A DNA stretch of 50,761 nucleotides, taken from positions 1 through 50,761 of the forward strand of contig NMRA01001135.1 in the NCBI GenBank assembly GCA_002633005.1, read 5' to 3'. The first letter of the stretch is position 1. Each line of letters begins with the position of its first letter. Made by a program: the position numbers and the translations under genes. The stretch comes from Phoronis australis (lineage: Eukaryota; Animalia; Phoronida). This document shows positions 36,911-50,202 of the stretch, piece by piece. The notes under the pieces are model-generated. The model searched no databases and had not been told where the DNA came from. It worked only from the letters and a program-made list of their open reading frames with translations.

Positions 36911-39900
36911 CTACAACAACAGAAAACAGGAAATGATCGCTAAGAGCCGTCCCTTTTCCTTAACCCTCAAACAAAAGATACCAGTCATAACAGTTTAGGC
37001 ACTGTAGTAAGTAGCTATTGATATCTCAACCAATAAGAAGCATTCATAGTTATCAGTTGGGAAATCAAATGTGTTGCCTAATGAAATAGTGTTTCCTGTC
37101 ATCACAGCTAATTCTGTTAAAAGCAAAAAAAAATAACGTGCAATAACCATTAAGGTGACAGAATTCTAATGGGAAACTTTCAGAGAGTAATCTTGGCTGA
37201 TCACTTGAGATCAGCTTATTTGGATGTAATGAATTTTACACAAATTAATGGTAAATTGTCTCCTCGTCCTCTAGAGGCCACTAGTATCCAGTACTATCTG
37301 AGAAGTCATCCTACTGCACTTTTAAAGTCTCCCATTACAGAATGGCAACGCCACTTTACTAAGGTTCCCGTTAATTAATCTTCATTCTAGGTTATGACTG
37401 AAGGCTAGTCGGACGATAAATCTGTCTTACCCCTTTTACTGTTAAGACGGGAATTTCACATCACTATGTGTGCATACTTTTAGTGTGTACTACAGGTAAG
37501 ATGGAGATGACGACTGTGGGGTCTCCCTACATGTTATGGAAAAGGTAGTCTTAAAACGAAACATGTGCACTTCCTACATACATGTACATGTACTCTATAC
37601 TTGTTGCCTAGCTATTGCATGCTTTGAATACATAATTTGGATACTTTAATTGAGTGAACCTGAGAAATGTCCAGCAAGAGATCCACAACTTTTTAAGTTT
37701 CCAGGAATAGCAGAAATATTTAAATGTGTGGCGTGACAAGTCTGAAACTTGAAGAATTCCAATACCAGTCTCCTAAAAATGCAATCTGATGAGACCAGTG
37801 CAGTTGCTTGGGGTAACATTGACCTGTAAGAGATCACTGCCATGCACTGATTAGATGCCCCCGGCAAAAAGAATGCTCAAACGCCCAAAAATGTGCTATA
37901 CCTGTAAGATACATCAATACTATTGCGTACAGTACGATACATCAATATTTCTAAAATTTTCAGACTTGTCATGCTTAATGTAAACTTAAAGAAAATTAAG
38001 TTGTATTGATGGAAAAAAGGCCCAACAGAATTAGCAAACTTACAAAAACACACATGTAAGTACATGATGAATTGCAGAAGAAAACTTTTTAACCCCAGTA
38101 AAACTGATTCATTGCCTATCAAATTAATTAAGCAAACAGGACAACAAAAATGCTTTGCCATGGTGACAAGAGTACTTCTATCCCGAGTGGTGGGAGGGGA
38201 GGGGAATTGAAGCACCCTATCTTGATTGTAAACCAGTGTGGTGTATGGACTATGTACCAAGTTATTAAATTGTTCTACAACAAAATGATTTTGTCAAAAA
38301 AAACATTGCATACAAATGAGTCACTTTAGGTAGGGTGGGGACACATCCGACTTTCAATAGAAAAGAATAGCGAGGATATATCAATAATTCGAATGCACAC
38401 AAATGTCGAGTTTACTTTGGATTTAAAACAAAAGAATTGAATTTCTGCTTATTGATTTTTTCTTAAATTACCTAACTAGATCGTAAATACGACAGAATTT
38501 GCCCGTTTGTACTATTAGGTCACTCTATACTATTATTGAACTTCCAGACCAAATTTTTCGGTTGACAGTATTACTACTGCTTCTTCTATTTAGTGAAAGT
38601 TGGTGAAAGTTTCTGATCTATACTACTATTATAAGATCTTTATTATTATAAATGGAGCTTGAGAGTAGCTCATTAGGATGCATTTTGAGCTTGGAGGGGG
38701 AAACTAGTTTGCATAGTTGCTTAAAATTTTGCAGATGGTTGTAAATCATGGGTGTTGTTCGTGCACACAATAAGCTTTTTGAAACTGAAATGCAATGTCT
38801 GAGAAAGTAGTTCCTTGAGTGAGCCTACATGTAAAACTGTCATAGTTAGCTGGTGTAAGTAAACACAGCTTAACATTTAGGGTTTATGGTCCTGGCTGAG
38901 AAGATAATTCTTTTGTAATCTTTATGGAAGTTGAATAGCCAAGCCTGGTGTAATGACGAGGAACGGTATTTTGTCAACTTTAGGCATTCACTGCATAACA
39001 ACTGAACACCAGTCTAGGTTAACTTTTTAATTTTGCACTAGTGTTAAACAAAAAATAAGAAAAATAGAAGTGAGTCTCAGACTTGTTAACAGTACTAAAG
39101 ATAAGCTTGGTGAATGTAGGAACTAGTCAATAGAAAAGGGGAAAATAAGCCATCATGTACTGTGTTTTGGTGGAATTTCATTGTGAACATTTACTAGGCC
39201 ATAATTAGGAAACTTTGATCAAAATGTCAAGAGTCTGACACCAGTGGGCACCATATCAAAAATGCGACTGCAGTGACTTAACTGCTTACATGTTGAGATG
39301 TTGTATACTTTTTGAGCCTGAACCCAATACTAAATTCTTGATTGATTGTCACTAACTTTTGACTAGTGCAGAGGTTTTAGGAACAGAGGCTCAAACTTTG
39401 AGTGTATTGGGACCTACACAACTAACCAAGCAGGTCCCCCATCTGTGTTGCCGCCTCCTCGACATGGCTGGAAAGATGGACATCCTCCCCATAATGCTAA
39501 GAATGTTTCCATTTAAACTTGAGCATAGAGCGTTCAGTTTTCAATTTCATCAACAGAAAGATAGACTGTTCGAAAGAGAATGATTGCAAGATTATTTGGC
39601 TTAGCTGGAAGGATTTAAAGACTCCAATTGCCTCCAAAGGTGTCCACTTATAATCGAAAGGTACACATAGTAACCGGATTATGTCAACGTAATTTTCAGA
39701 AAATCTTCCGGGTGAACGAAATTGATTATGATGTGGCGCTGTCTACGACATGACCTGAGATTTGATTGGAAAGCCCATATTTTACATGTAGTGACTATAG
39801 TTACAATAATCACACAAAGCACCACATAGTTTTTATCATGCTCACCACTTAAACGCAGATCTGCAGCATTACGTCGAATTAATCTTAGCCATGTTTTCAC

Positions 39901-40404
39901 ATAAGCCTCGAGTGCAGCGGTCTTCTCAGGGGAGGTCATTCCATTAGCTCTAAACATAAATAGCAATTCTTGAAAACAAACATTTAGACAATCAAAAGTG
40001 AAATATCCCTAGGCCATTAGACATGAAAGAAAATATGAACTAAACTGCGTATGAGAACTCATTTCCTATAAGATGTTACCATTGTCTGACTCTCAGGACC
40101 TTGAAGCAAAAATATGCCATTCAGTTCAATTTACTATTTTGTAAAGTCAGTTTCACAACCATCAAGAACTTCTCTCACTGAATATCAATTTGAATGACTC
40201 TGAATCACAGGCTTTAAGTCGAAGTGTGCCTGCTGCAGTGCTGTACATGCCCTGTTCATAGCCATAGGGTGGTACTGTCTCAAATCAATTAAGAATTAAT
40301 GTTAAGCAATCTAGCCTTTGCTTTGGTAAATTTTACGACATGAAGTTTGAACATCAGAGGTGACGACGAGAACCATCCGGGCGGCATGAAATTTTGAAGT
40401 CAGA

Positions 40405-40527
40405 CATGGGTAGCGCACCATTGGGGGCTGTGGGGCTATAGCCCCCACCTATTTCAGGGCTGCGCCGCTCATGGTCTATGGGCGGTGCACCACAGGGGAG
40501 CTATATAGCCCCTCAGTTTTTTCAGTG
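40405..40527. mobile_element. One complete (40405-40473) and one partial adjacent copy of the miniature inverted-repeat element
   Basis: CATGGGTAGCGCA...GGGGCTATAGCCCC...TGCGCCGCTCATG followed by ATGGGCGGTGCACC...TATAGCCCCTCAGTTTTTTCAGTG. Confidence 0.7.
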
Positions 40528-40786
40528 TGAAACTCGTAGAGTATTTGTCGAGAGCAAAGGTAGCATTCTATCTTACTCAAATTGCGGACACTGCGTAGTT
40601 AGCAGGCTAGATTCATTATAATAAAAGATGTTATTTAACTGTTAATGTATCGACTGTCCTGTTAGGTTGCAAGCTTCATTCTTTAGTTGAAGCTCAACCA
40701 ACGATTGGTTCCAGAGTGACCTGTATTTGCTTCAGAATTCCAAATGTATGGACAGTGGAAATCTTTATAAAAAATATGACACTCAC

Positions 40787-40930
40787 CAGTGGCGAAATGA
40801 CCAAAATATACCTTCGAAATTAAACCGGAAATTAGCAAATGAACGAAGCGCTCCTGGTGGGAAATACAGGAATAAAATTCAGAGCCGCCGGCGTCGCGTG
40901 AAACGAAGACGGCAAAGCACAGCTGTAAAA
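40787..40930 (-). promoter_or_regulatory. Candidate promoter and non-coding first exon of the F-box gene
   Basis: Consensus donor CTG|GTGAGT at 40786, ETS-like CCGGAAAT and a local CpG cluster, about 4 kb upstream of the coding exon. The assignment is inferred. Confidence 0.35.
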
Positions 40931-41039
40931 TAAGCCTTAAAATAAAAATTCACTACTTGTGTGATAATGTAACGACTTAAGTCAATTGCCATTGTTATGT
41001 TAGACATTGGTAAATGAATTGTAATTAGATTTACTTCAA

Positions 41040-41210
41040 ATCAGTGGCCGGTCAGTATAGGCTTGCGCACATATGGCCCATACTTTGCGGGTTGTGATCA
41101 TGCTTTTGTTTGTTTTATTGTACTCTGTAAACTGTATTATGAGCTAATATCATTACTTGTCTTAATAAACCTGTCACCCTCTCTCTCGCTCTCTCTGTCT
41201 CTTTCTCTCT
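41040..41210 (+). mobile_element. Possible retroposon 3' end with (CT)n tail
   Basis: T-rich tract, AATAAA, then degenerate (CT)n at 41178-41210. Confidence 0.35.
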
Positions 41211-43359
41211 ACTTGCGGGAAGGAATCCCGTTATCTAGGTAGATGTACATGTAGGATCGTGGCCCTGACTGCCGTGGCCGGAGTGCAAGGCGGACCGGGG
41301 AGTCCTCTGTTGAAAGGCAAATTAGTAAAAAGCTCTTTCAAAAAGTGACATTCTGTAGACTATATACTTATATTTGATTCATAAGATTAAAATATTCCTG
41401 AATTTCATTTCCTGGCCTGGGCGTCGCCCGACCTACTCCATGTAGGCCCCGCGTCGCGGTGAAGACGCTTTTCAGTGAGTGTTTTTTTTCGCTTGTGCTG
41501 AATTTCCTTCAAAAACATGTCAGAAATACTCGAATGGGTAAAAATACTCGGTTGGGTATATTCCCAGTAAGGCATTATCATTTGTTGTGGTACATGTACG
41601 TAATAAGTTGAAATAATCGACGCCCACCGAAGGTGATGAACCCGGAGAAAATAGGTGTCCTGTGTGAAATAGCGTTCCTCAATCATCAAACGTTGACGCA
41701 TATTTCAGAAAAGTCTTACAAAAATGTACACTAAAAGAAAACACAGAAATTGGAAACCTTGTTTTCTCATGTCCAGGAAATTCAGTTCATAAGATTCGGA
41801 AAAAGGGAAATTTTCAAAATCGGTTTAGGAAAGCTCCAGCAAGCGAAATAATTAGCGAGAATCAGGAAAGGTATTAAAAACTCTAAGATCATTTTACAAA
41901 ATCAAACGCCGTAGGAAAAATGGACCATCACAGCTACAATGGGTAAAAATTGTAGTAGAATATTTACACTTTATTGCTAAGGAAACTGAATTCACAGATT
42001 AAAAATCTTTGAATGCGCCCTGAGCGCGTTGAGCGCTCCTAAAATGCCTGAGATCAATCCTTGATAAACAAGATTATTTTAAGTCTGCTATATTCCATAG
42101 TGTTGTATATCAAGGAACTTGCAAATGTATATGCAGTAGGATTTACTTACTTCATGCGGGAACAAGACGAACGAGTATCCTGCGTGAATTCAAAGCGTGC
42201 CATCAAACCTTATAAAAACAAAGTTATCAACCTTGAGAATTCGCAAAGACTAAAAATGTTGAAGAAAATTATTTCTTGACCAAAGAAATTGACGTACCTC
42301 GGACCAACAATTAGTATTCAGCGGGGCCCACCATTCTTTTACAAGTGATCCCCCCTAAATTGGAAAGTAGAAAAACTACAATTACCGCACTCTATTTTCT
42401 TATAATCAATATACAAGCGCAAGAACAATGGCGAAGGGCGCCTTTTGCAGCGCATGAGGCCTAAATCGCACTCCGAAATTGGCGCCAGAAATGTCATTTT
42501 TTTACGTTTCCTAATGATCCAGAAGATTATTTGCTATTCAATAATAATAATAATTCATTGCCTTTCATTTTGCGTTTTCTGTTCATATTTGGAAGAAAAG
42601 TCGATAGCAGCCCCGCGGTGCCACTGTCGTAACTTGTTAGCAACTGTCGGTAGTCTACCCTACGGCACAGCCGCCGCGAGTGCCGCCGGGGCGTCCTCTG
42701 CCCGGGATTAACCGTTCGTCAGCTTTTTTGGATATTTGCACTCCATGTATTCCAAGTCACAATGTCAATATGTAAGTCACCCGAATGATCGCAGCCATAA
42801 TTATAGAAAAAAAACATACCCAATGGCCAACCCGGCGGACACCGTGACGGCCACATGCAGTTACGGCAGCCACAGGGCCTCATACGAGTCAAGTTAGAGA
42901 ATCTGTCGGTCTCGATAAAAAAATTCGGCATAATTTTAATGCGCCACTTGGCCCAAGTTAAGAAACACCAATGCGTCATTGAAAACTTAATTCTATGCGC
43001 CAAGCGCGGGGCGCAACCCTAAAACTAGTGGATAGACAGTGGGAGTCCTACGCTGGCCTACTACACAGACTGACAATATACATGTAGGCCTACTGTAGCG
43101 TAGTGTGATGTAGGCTAACGGCCTTCTGTGGGCCGAGTCTGAGGTTTGCTCCTGACTCTGATTGAGTGTTAAGTGCAATTAAGCGCTGGGAACCGACCAT
43201 ATGAATAGAGATGCGGCCTACTCGGTAGTCCAAGAACTGCAAGTGAATGCTCTCGTCACTTCGAGGAGTCCATGCGCATAATTCATAATTTTTCGTAAGT
43301 GGATTTTACCTGAGCATTTTTATAGTAATAAAAGTCTTTTCTTCTTGTAAGTCACAGCT

Positions 43360-43640
43360 AGTGTACTGGCTTAATATGAGCCCATCAATGGCCCTGTACT
43401 GGGCCAACACAGTCTGTCAATAACGGCCCTTTACAGGGCCGAAACCGGTTGTTGGTGTACTGGCCCAGTAATGGCGTGGTACTGGTCCTTTACTGGCTCG
43501 ATATCGCAATCATGTATCGGGGCCAATACGGGGAAGGTGTGCAGAATGTTATTGGGCCAGTACTGGCCTACACTCCCATTGGGCCAATACAGAAGACATT
43601 TCAGGGCCAGTATTGGCCCAGTACCTGCATGTTTACTGGG
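43360..43640. repeat. Array of GTACTGG / GGCC palindromic units (MITE-like relic)
   Basis: Repeated TACTGGCC, GGCCCAGTA and GGGCCAATA units ending ...CATGTTTACTGGG. Confidence 0.7.
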
Positions 43641-46301
43641 GCATGTTCATGAATGCTCGTATGAAGAACAATCTGGTATGGAATGCAGTGCCAGCACATT
43701 TGATGTCCCGAATCCACCAAAAATGAAGATGTCAAAAATTTCTCCGGAAATTATGATATTACAGCTCTGGAGACTTTACTGGGACATTACGTGACGAGTG
43801 TAGAAAGGACAATTGGTCAAAACTTGTTTTACAAATTTTTACTAACGGTTGATCAGATTGAGATTTTATGAAAAGTTTGCCTAACAGATTTGAAGAGACC
43901 CAATGTTAAACTGACGGATCTTTCAAAGTCTGAATGCAGTGGTGAAATTTTGATCAATCCTAAGCTAAATTATTTGAAACAAACTATCAAACAGAATTTT
44001 ATTTAAAAATTAACATTTCTAGAGAAAAAAGTCCATAATTTCTCAATTTTGATATAAAGTCTTGCCGCTGAAAGTGTAAACTGGACGTTTTGGTATTTTT
44101 ACTCGCATTGAGGAGCGTTTGTGTGATTTTTATAATGTCCCATTGAGAATACATTTTCTCTGCTCTTGTGTTCTCGACACTGATCTTCAAAACAGCCTCA
44201 TTTGTACGTTTTTGGAGATTGTGATCAATATAAGCCCTAGTTGTGGCTAGGTAACAGATATGATCTCGTGGTCAGGCTTTAACTTACCTGAAATATTTAC
44301 CGTTACTGATAAGCGGAACAGTGGGTAATATGAAATTAAATTTTGGTCTTGACATCCAAGTCTTCTTGGTTCAGTTTTGTAGGAAGTTCTGTGGGTAGTG
44401 AACATTTTGATTGACGTTTGGTACATTTTAAAATATTTAGTCGTGACATTTTGCAACTTTAACTAGTTATGAGTGACGATATTACTCAATGTTATATATT
44501 TTGTAAGTTGTGAGATGTTCTACAGATTACCAACTGAATTGTAACTATTGATGGGGAGTTTACCCTGTACTGGCACGTCCCTGACACTAAGAGATAATGG
44601 AATGTTCTAAAATAATATGACTTCTGAGAGTGCATCAGAATGGATTACATTATTGTAGTAGTGACGAATTGTCTTGTTTTCTTCTTCTTACTTGTGTAAC
44701 ACCCACTGCACAAAACAATTGTCTGCATTGCTAGTAGCCTGGTGCATTGAATAGGGAACGCATGAGAAATTGTTTGGTGGAGATGAAAGCAGCAGTGAGC
44801 TGGGATCACCATGTAATGAAAAGTTGGAAAATACCCAGGATGGTACTGACGCACCACAGTTGCATGGACACAGGCCATTACAAAATGTCCTTGTGGTGCA
44901 TACACAAAAACGAGGGTCAAAACTTATCACCACCTCAACACATGTTGTCAGTGGTCAGGAGGATCTACCAACCAAAATGTGTGATGATGGGAGGTGCTCA
45001 ACACCCATGTGGCACACCACTTGCTTTTACTTGTGCACTCCCCTGGCAGGCGCTCAACAACCATTTGGCACCCACCTGGTTTTACCTGTTTAGCATTCCT
45101 CCCATGTGCCCCCCTTCCTGGAACCTGGGGAAAACTGCCTCCTGAACCCTCAAGATATATCAATAAAACTATGTAATCCATGGAGGTATCAAATGTAATT
45201 AGATACAGTAATTTGCCTTATTAAAAACTCAAAACTTGACACAAAAACATACATGATGGCTTTTGAAGGGAGCTTCATGATGAAAGAAAATACACTTTAA
45301 TTAATATTGATTAAAACACACATTTTCATTCCCATTCGATTATAAGTGGTCGTTAGCTTACGTGTTTTACCCATTTTTAATGAAACAGTAATTTTATTGC
45401 ACGTCGAACGTCATTAAGGTATGACTTAACCAGTGTTTACATTGTTCGGACTTCGCCGCTAAATTAGTGTTGGTTATTCGTCGTTTGGAGCGCTAGGTTT
45501 TTGACCGACAACCATTGCGGCGAATGGAAAGACTGCACAATGAACACTCTTATTATACTACAATACCTTGTCATACCAGCATGCGCTTCTCTCTTGCCTG
45601 AGGATTTACTTTTGGAGTTAAAATCACATCGTGAGCAGATCCCCAACTTTAATTGGCATTAGATATCAGGCAATAAACATATAGAATCTGATTTATGCCT
45701 TTATACAGAAAACATGGGTCGGGAGAACATCGACAAGACGGGCAACAGCCAACATAGGGACGTAGGAAAGACGGACCATCGGTTCAGAAACGTAGGGAGG
45801 TCGAATATAGGGACCGGGGCACACTGGTACGGACCGCTAAAATCTGCGGTCTCGTATTCTTTACTGAATTGATAGAATCCTGTTTCCGTTACCCGCCAGC
45901 AAAAGCATCGAAACCACTATCGACTCCTGAAATGCTTCAGGGTTTATTGAGGTTGGCCAACATTATAACTGCGAATACCAAAATGGCTCAAGAAAAGCAT
46001 TGTCTTTGACATGAGTAGGTCACGGAAATATACAGTACAATCACTACAAGCAGAAATAGTATTCTTCATAAGGAAAACACGAATACCAATTTGATGAGAG
46101 TAAAAGACCTACTTCAAGTTTCATTTTAGCTGTAGCGCTGTTATAATGCATCGCTGTGTTTTTAGGTGCCGTGAGTGGCCAGAAAGTGTCGACCTAACCG
46201 TAAGAATGCTGTGCAAGACATTACACTTACAGACTGAGGAAAAACGTAGACTCTGCTATCAAGACATAAAAATGTGAAACTTCACTTAGACTGTCTACTT
46301 C

Positions 46302-46338
46302 ATAGGAAAATTTTACTTCTATAGGAAAATTTTACTTA
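46302..46338. repeat. Two-copy short tandem repeat
   Basis: ATAGGAAAATTTTACTT occurs twice, 19 bp apart. Confidence 0.85.
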
Positions 46339-47368
46339 TGTGTTAGACTTTTTGTACATTGACATGATCATCACAATTATTGAGTAGCCCAAAACTTTTC
46401 CCCATAGTGTATCAAACACGTCTGTAGCATTCATTTCAAAGTCATTGACTAAGCAAAATGGGTTATGACATATGTGATATGTTTGTAAATAAGTCCAACT
46501 TTTAAAAATAAAAAATTGAATAAACATAGTTATTAGTTTGCACTACTGTGCATTACTACTGAAATGAGTGGGTAAAAATAAGATGCACAAAAAACTGCAC
46601 ACTAGCTTATGGAGAACGTTGACCGCCGCGCGGTTCCGGCACGTTGCAGTTTTTACGCGTGCGACCTGTTTAGATTTTCAGATGTGGAGAACACTGTAAC
46701 GGATAGATGCTCCGTTGTTTTGCTTTGAAGTTCGAGTATTGAAACAGGAAACCTTAAGAAGCGGGAGAAAAAGGAGATTGAATAGATTAAAAATACATTC
46801 TAATTTATTATTGCCGTCATAAATCACAATCAGTGATGACGGAAAAGAATGTACAGAAAACTATTGAACAAAACCCTGCAGGGAACTTAGGCTACCATAG
46901 TCCCTCATTGTGGTTGGGAACTTGAGGCTGGAGCGGGTTTCAAGCCCTAGACAGCTCGCCAAAACTTCAAGAACGCAGCTTTTTATATACCAAGAGAATG
47001 CGCGTGAGACCGTCTCTAATTAAAACATGGGTGACTTAATAGAACACTCCTACACGTTAATTGGGCCAACAAAGAAAGTAGCGCGGAAACTATAGCTCTA
47101 TAATTTACAAATGGAGGGCGCGCCCGTCACTTAGTCAACTAAAGAGTTTAAACTACAGCTTTAAACTAAAATTCTGACTGTCACCTTTTGAAGTTCATTG
47201 ATAGTAGATTTTAAACCGTGCAATTTCATAAAAAATGGTCAGTGCATTAACTGAATTCAAGTAGATTGCCACCACCAGTGAAACTATAAACTGAGATAAA
47301 CATGTTTACAGTTTTGCAGTTCGCTCCCGTGTAACTTCATTTTAGTAGCCGTTCGTTGCAAAATAGAT

Positions 47369-47523
47369 CAGTGGCGGATTTAGAAGGGGGCCAAGGGCGC
47401 CATGCCCCCCCTAAAATTCTCCCAGATTCGGTTTGGCAGTTCAAGGGCTCGAATGTCTGACGGGCAAAATCCTGGCTAAAACTCTGCCCTGCCCCCCAAC
47501 TCAAAATCCTGGATCCGCACCTG
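47369..47523. mobile_element. 155-bp MITE with hAT-like termini
   Basis: CAGTGGCGGATTTAG ... CTGGATCCGCACCTG with internal G/C tracts. No intact TSD seen. Confidence 0.7.
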
Positions 47524-49802
47524 CAGATTACAGACGCTATCAGACGAATCATAGTTTACGTTATAAAACACGACTGAATTTACGAAGAAGCAATGTGTCA
47601 GCCTGCTCAGAGAGCGACCGCTTCCCTTACCCAGTTGCTCGCTGTCCCTCATGACAAAGCCTTCCTAACAATAGCTCTATAGCAAAGTTACTATTTATCC
47701 CAAGATGGCCGTCCTAGTGTAATTTGCCTAGTCACACATTTGTACCCCCAAGCCAGGCCTGAGCCTGTGGTGGAGATTGTAATTACCTTGGATAAAAACA
47801 AGATGTCTAGACATAAAACCAATTTTGAGGAATTGTCATTTATAAATTACTTGAGGAAAACCTAATTTTGATGATGTTTTACAAATACGATAATTGTTGT
47901 GATGCAATAAGACTAGAATGAAAGTAAACACCATTCAACTGACTAACACTGTTTTTTAGATCCCTTTGTAAGCATAGCAATACAATACAATATCAATCTT
48001 GAAGAAACATCATTTGTATTTACGTGGAAAATAAGGCAATTATGATAATTTTTAATTATGATAATATTTAACTGTAATTAACTAAGACTTTGCCAGGGCT
48101 AAGACTGGTATAAAAGCAACCGCATGAATTCAATAGAATGACACTTTCCACATGGTTTTCTAAGTATAGCTACAGAATGAAATAAATGCAACATTAATTT
48201 ATGTAACATTTTAGCATAATATTTCATCATATATTACGTAATTTTTATATCATAGTTCTTGTTGCAAAAAGACATGCAATAAAATAAATATGGATGATAT
48301 ATAATACTCACCACATAAACAAAAGTAGAGTTAAATAAGAGCATGTAGATCAATATCATTTTTTATTCTAACTTTGTAACACATCAGTTCAAAAGACATT
48401 ACAAGCATTGTAACTTTAACACAAAATTGATAAATTGTATGAAAACAACATTCTATGTTTAAATATATTCTACAATACATGTCAATACAGATATCTCAGC
48501 TATGAGACCTAGCAATTCTACAATACTAATGTTCTGGAATAACTGCAATATTAAAAACAATAAATTTGATTTTGCCAACATACCAATAGTTGTCAGGGAT
48601 AATGTACATGTATGTGATTCGAGGGAACATACACCACCATCCGGACGCGAACAATGAAAAAGTTACCAAGAAAAGTTTTCCCACTTATACTGCATATAAT
48701 TAGTCTATTTCAGACTAATCAATCAATGTTTTATGACTATAAATTGACAGGAAGAAATAACCAGGAAGGGACAACTGTTTTAGCGCATTTTAAAGGAGCA
48801 TGCTACCCAAAAAACAACCTAATTTGTAGAAATTTAGATCAAGTAGTTCTGCGCCATAACGACACCTACGGTTGCGTTACCTGACACCTGACGGCAGACG
48901 GAGGTGTTGAAATTATCCAATGACGTCATCGGTTTCACACGCAGTCTGTTCAGCAGTTCAAAACACGGGTTACTGGTGTCAGCTTATCGCTTGAAGTCAT
49001 CGTTTAACACCAATAAATCATCAAACTTCGATGTAAAACCCTTAAAAATACACCGAGTTCTTATAAAAACGTGTTGTTTTATTTCGCTCTTACGGATTTA
49101 TTGGTGTTTGGACACACCGTAGCCTACAAAATTCGGCAGGCCAATAAGGTCCGTAGCAGGAGTTTGGGGTCTGTTCGGAGATAATTTCGAAGTATTTTCC
49201 GTGAGATACAGACAGGAGAACATAGATCTGTGTTGATTAGTGAATTTTTTTAGTTCTAAACACAAAACGCTTGTTATCCTGGCCAGAGGCTCGGAAACTG
49301 ATCAGACGGCATAAACCAGCCAAAGTTCAGTGGAAACTATACTAGTGAGCCAAACTAATGTGCACGTGATTATATTGGTGAATTATCCACGAAACAGCAA
49401 ATCTACTTACTCGTCGGGGGCCGCGAATTCAGGTTCCGCTTTGGCCACAGCACCGTCAGGGCAGAAGTTGTACATTGACAATCATTATTTGAGTAATGTA
49501 AATATAAATAAACATTCCCCTAACACCTGGCCGTGGGATGGAAATTGAGTTGTTACACAACAGTTTCTGCCAGCAAACACTAAATTAGCATGAGCTCACA
49601 CGGCCTCGGTGTCCCGTCAATTAGTTTTATTGCACCTCAGTAAAGCCGGTAACGCTGGCTTCTCAAATCATTTGCTCTCGCGAACACTCCAAAGGCATTA
49701 CAAATTGCATCTAATGAGACTGGTTTTGTTTCAGTTTTATATATATTATAAGTATTGGTTAGGGTGAGAATAATTCATTTTGAAACAGTAATAAACGCCA
49801 AC

Positions 49803-49970
49803 ATGGCAACTCGCAATCCCGACTTTGGACGAGCTAGAGCTCATCAGTCCCGACTTCCTAGGTGGATCATTAAGTTTTACAGGCTATCAATATTCTTACA
49901 GGAATACAGTGATGAAGAAATACTAGAGAGGCGCCGTGAACAAGCTCAGACAACGGAACGTATGGAGTTA
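49803..49970 (+). pseudogene. Possible 5' remnant of a ballast-like (KolX-type) gene
   Basis: AACATGG start, MATRNPDF...FLQEYSDEEILERRREQ. It resembles the acidic (F)EPEY(S/T)DEEL leader of invertebrate P2X7-ballast-like proteins. The domain itself is absent. Confidence 0.35.
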
Positions 49971-50009
49971 TTTGGTAAACCGACATTCGTTAGTAGGCAC
50001 TGTCGACGT

Positions 50010-50202
50010 CTGCAGGCCACAGACACGGAGATGTTTCACGGCCTCATACTAGCTTGCTCTTTACCATGAGCGTACATTTCATTCTTCACTACCAAGGGCC
50101 ACTTCCTAAGCATTTCAGACTCTCGAAAAAGTGAAAAAACGATATACCCGCTTTCCTCGCAGCTGCTTAGTTCGGACAAGCGGGAACGATGCACCGCAAC
50201 AT
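50010..50202 (-). pseudogene. Decayed THAP zinc-finger (transposase N-terminus)
   Basis: MLRCIVPACPN*AAARKAGISFFHF [frameshift] ESEMLRKWPLVVK ... [frameshift] VKHLRVCGLQ follows the THAP pattern C-x4-C...F.F...W...RVC-x2-(H). Confidence 0.65.

Noticed and set aside
40081-40100. Mini-exon supplying the F-box start codon (ACAATG|GTAAC)
   Set aside because: Its phase 0 donor does not match the phase 1 acceptor at 36910 unless there is another exon I did not identify.
43360-43640. CRISPR-like array
   Set aside because: No constant repeat with unique spacers, no cas genes, and a eukaryotic context.
41330-44260. Large foldback element around the GC-rich 42.4-43.2 kb region
   Set aside because: Only short, weak inverted similarities; no TIR or TSD could be defined by eye.
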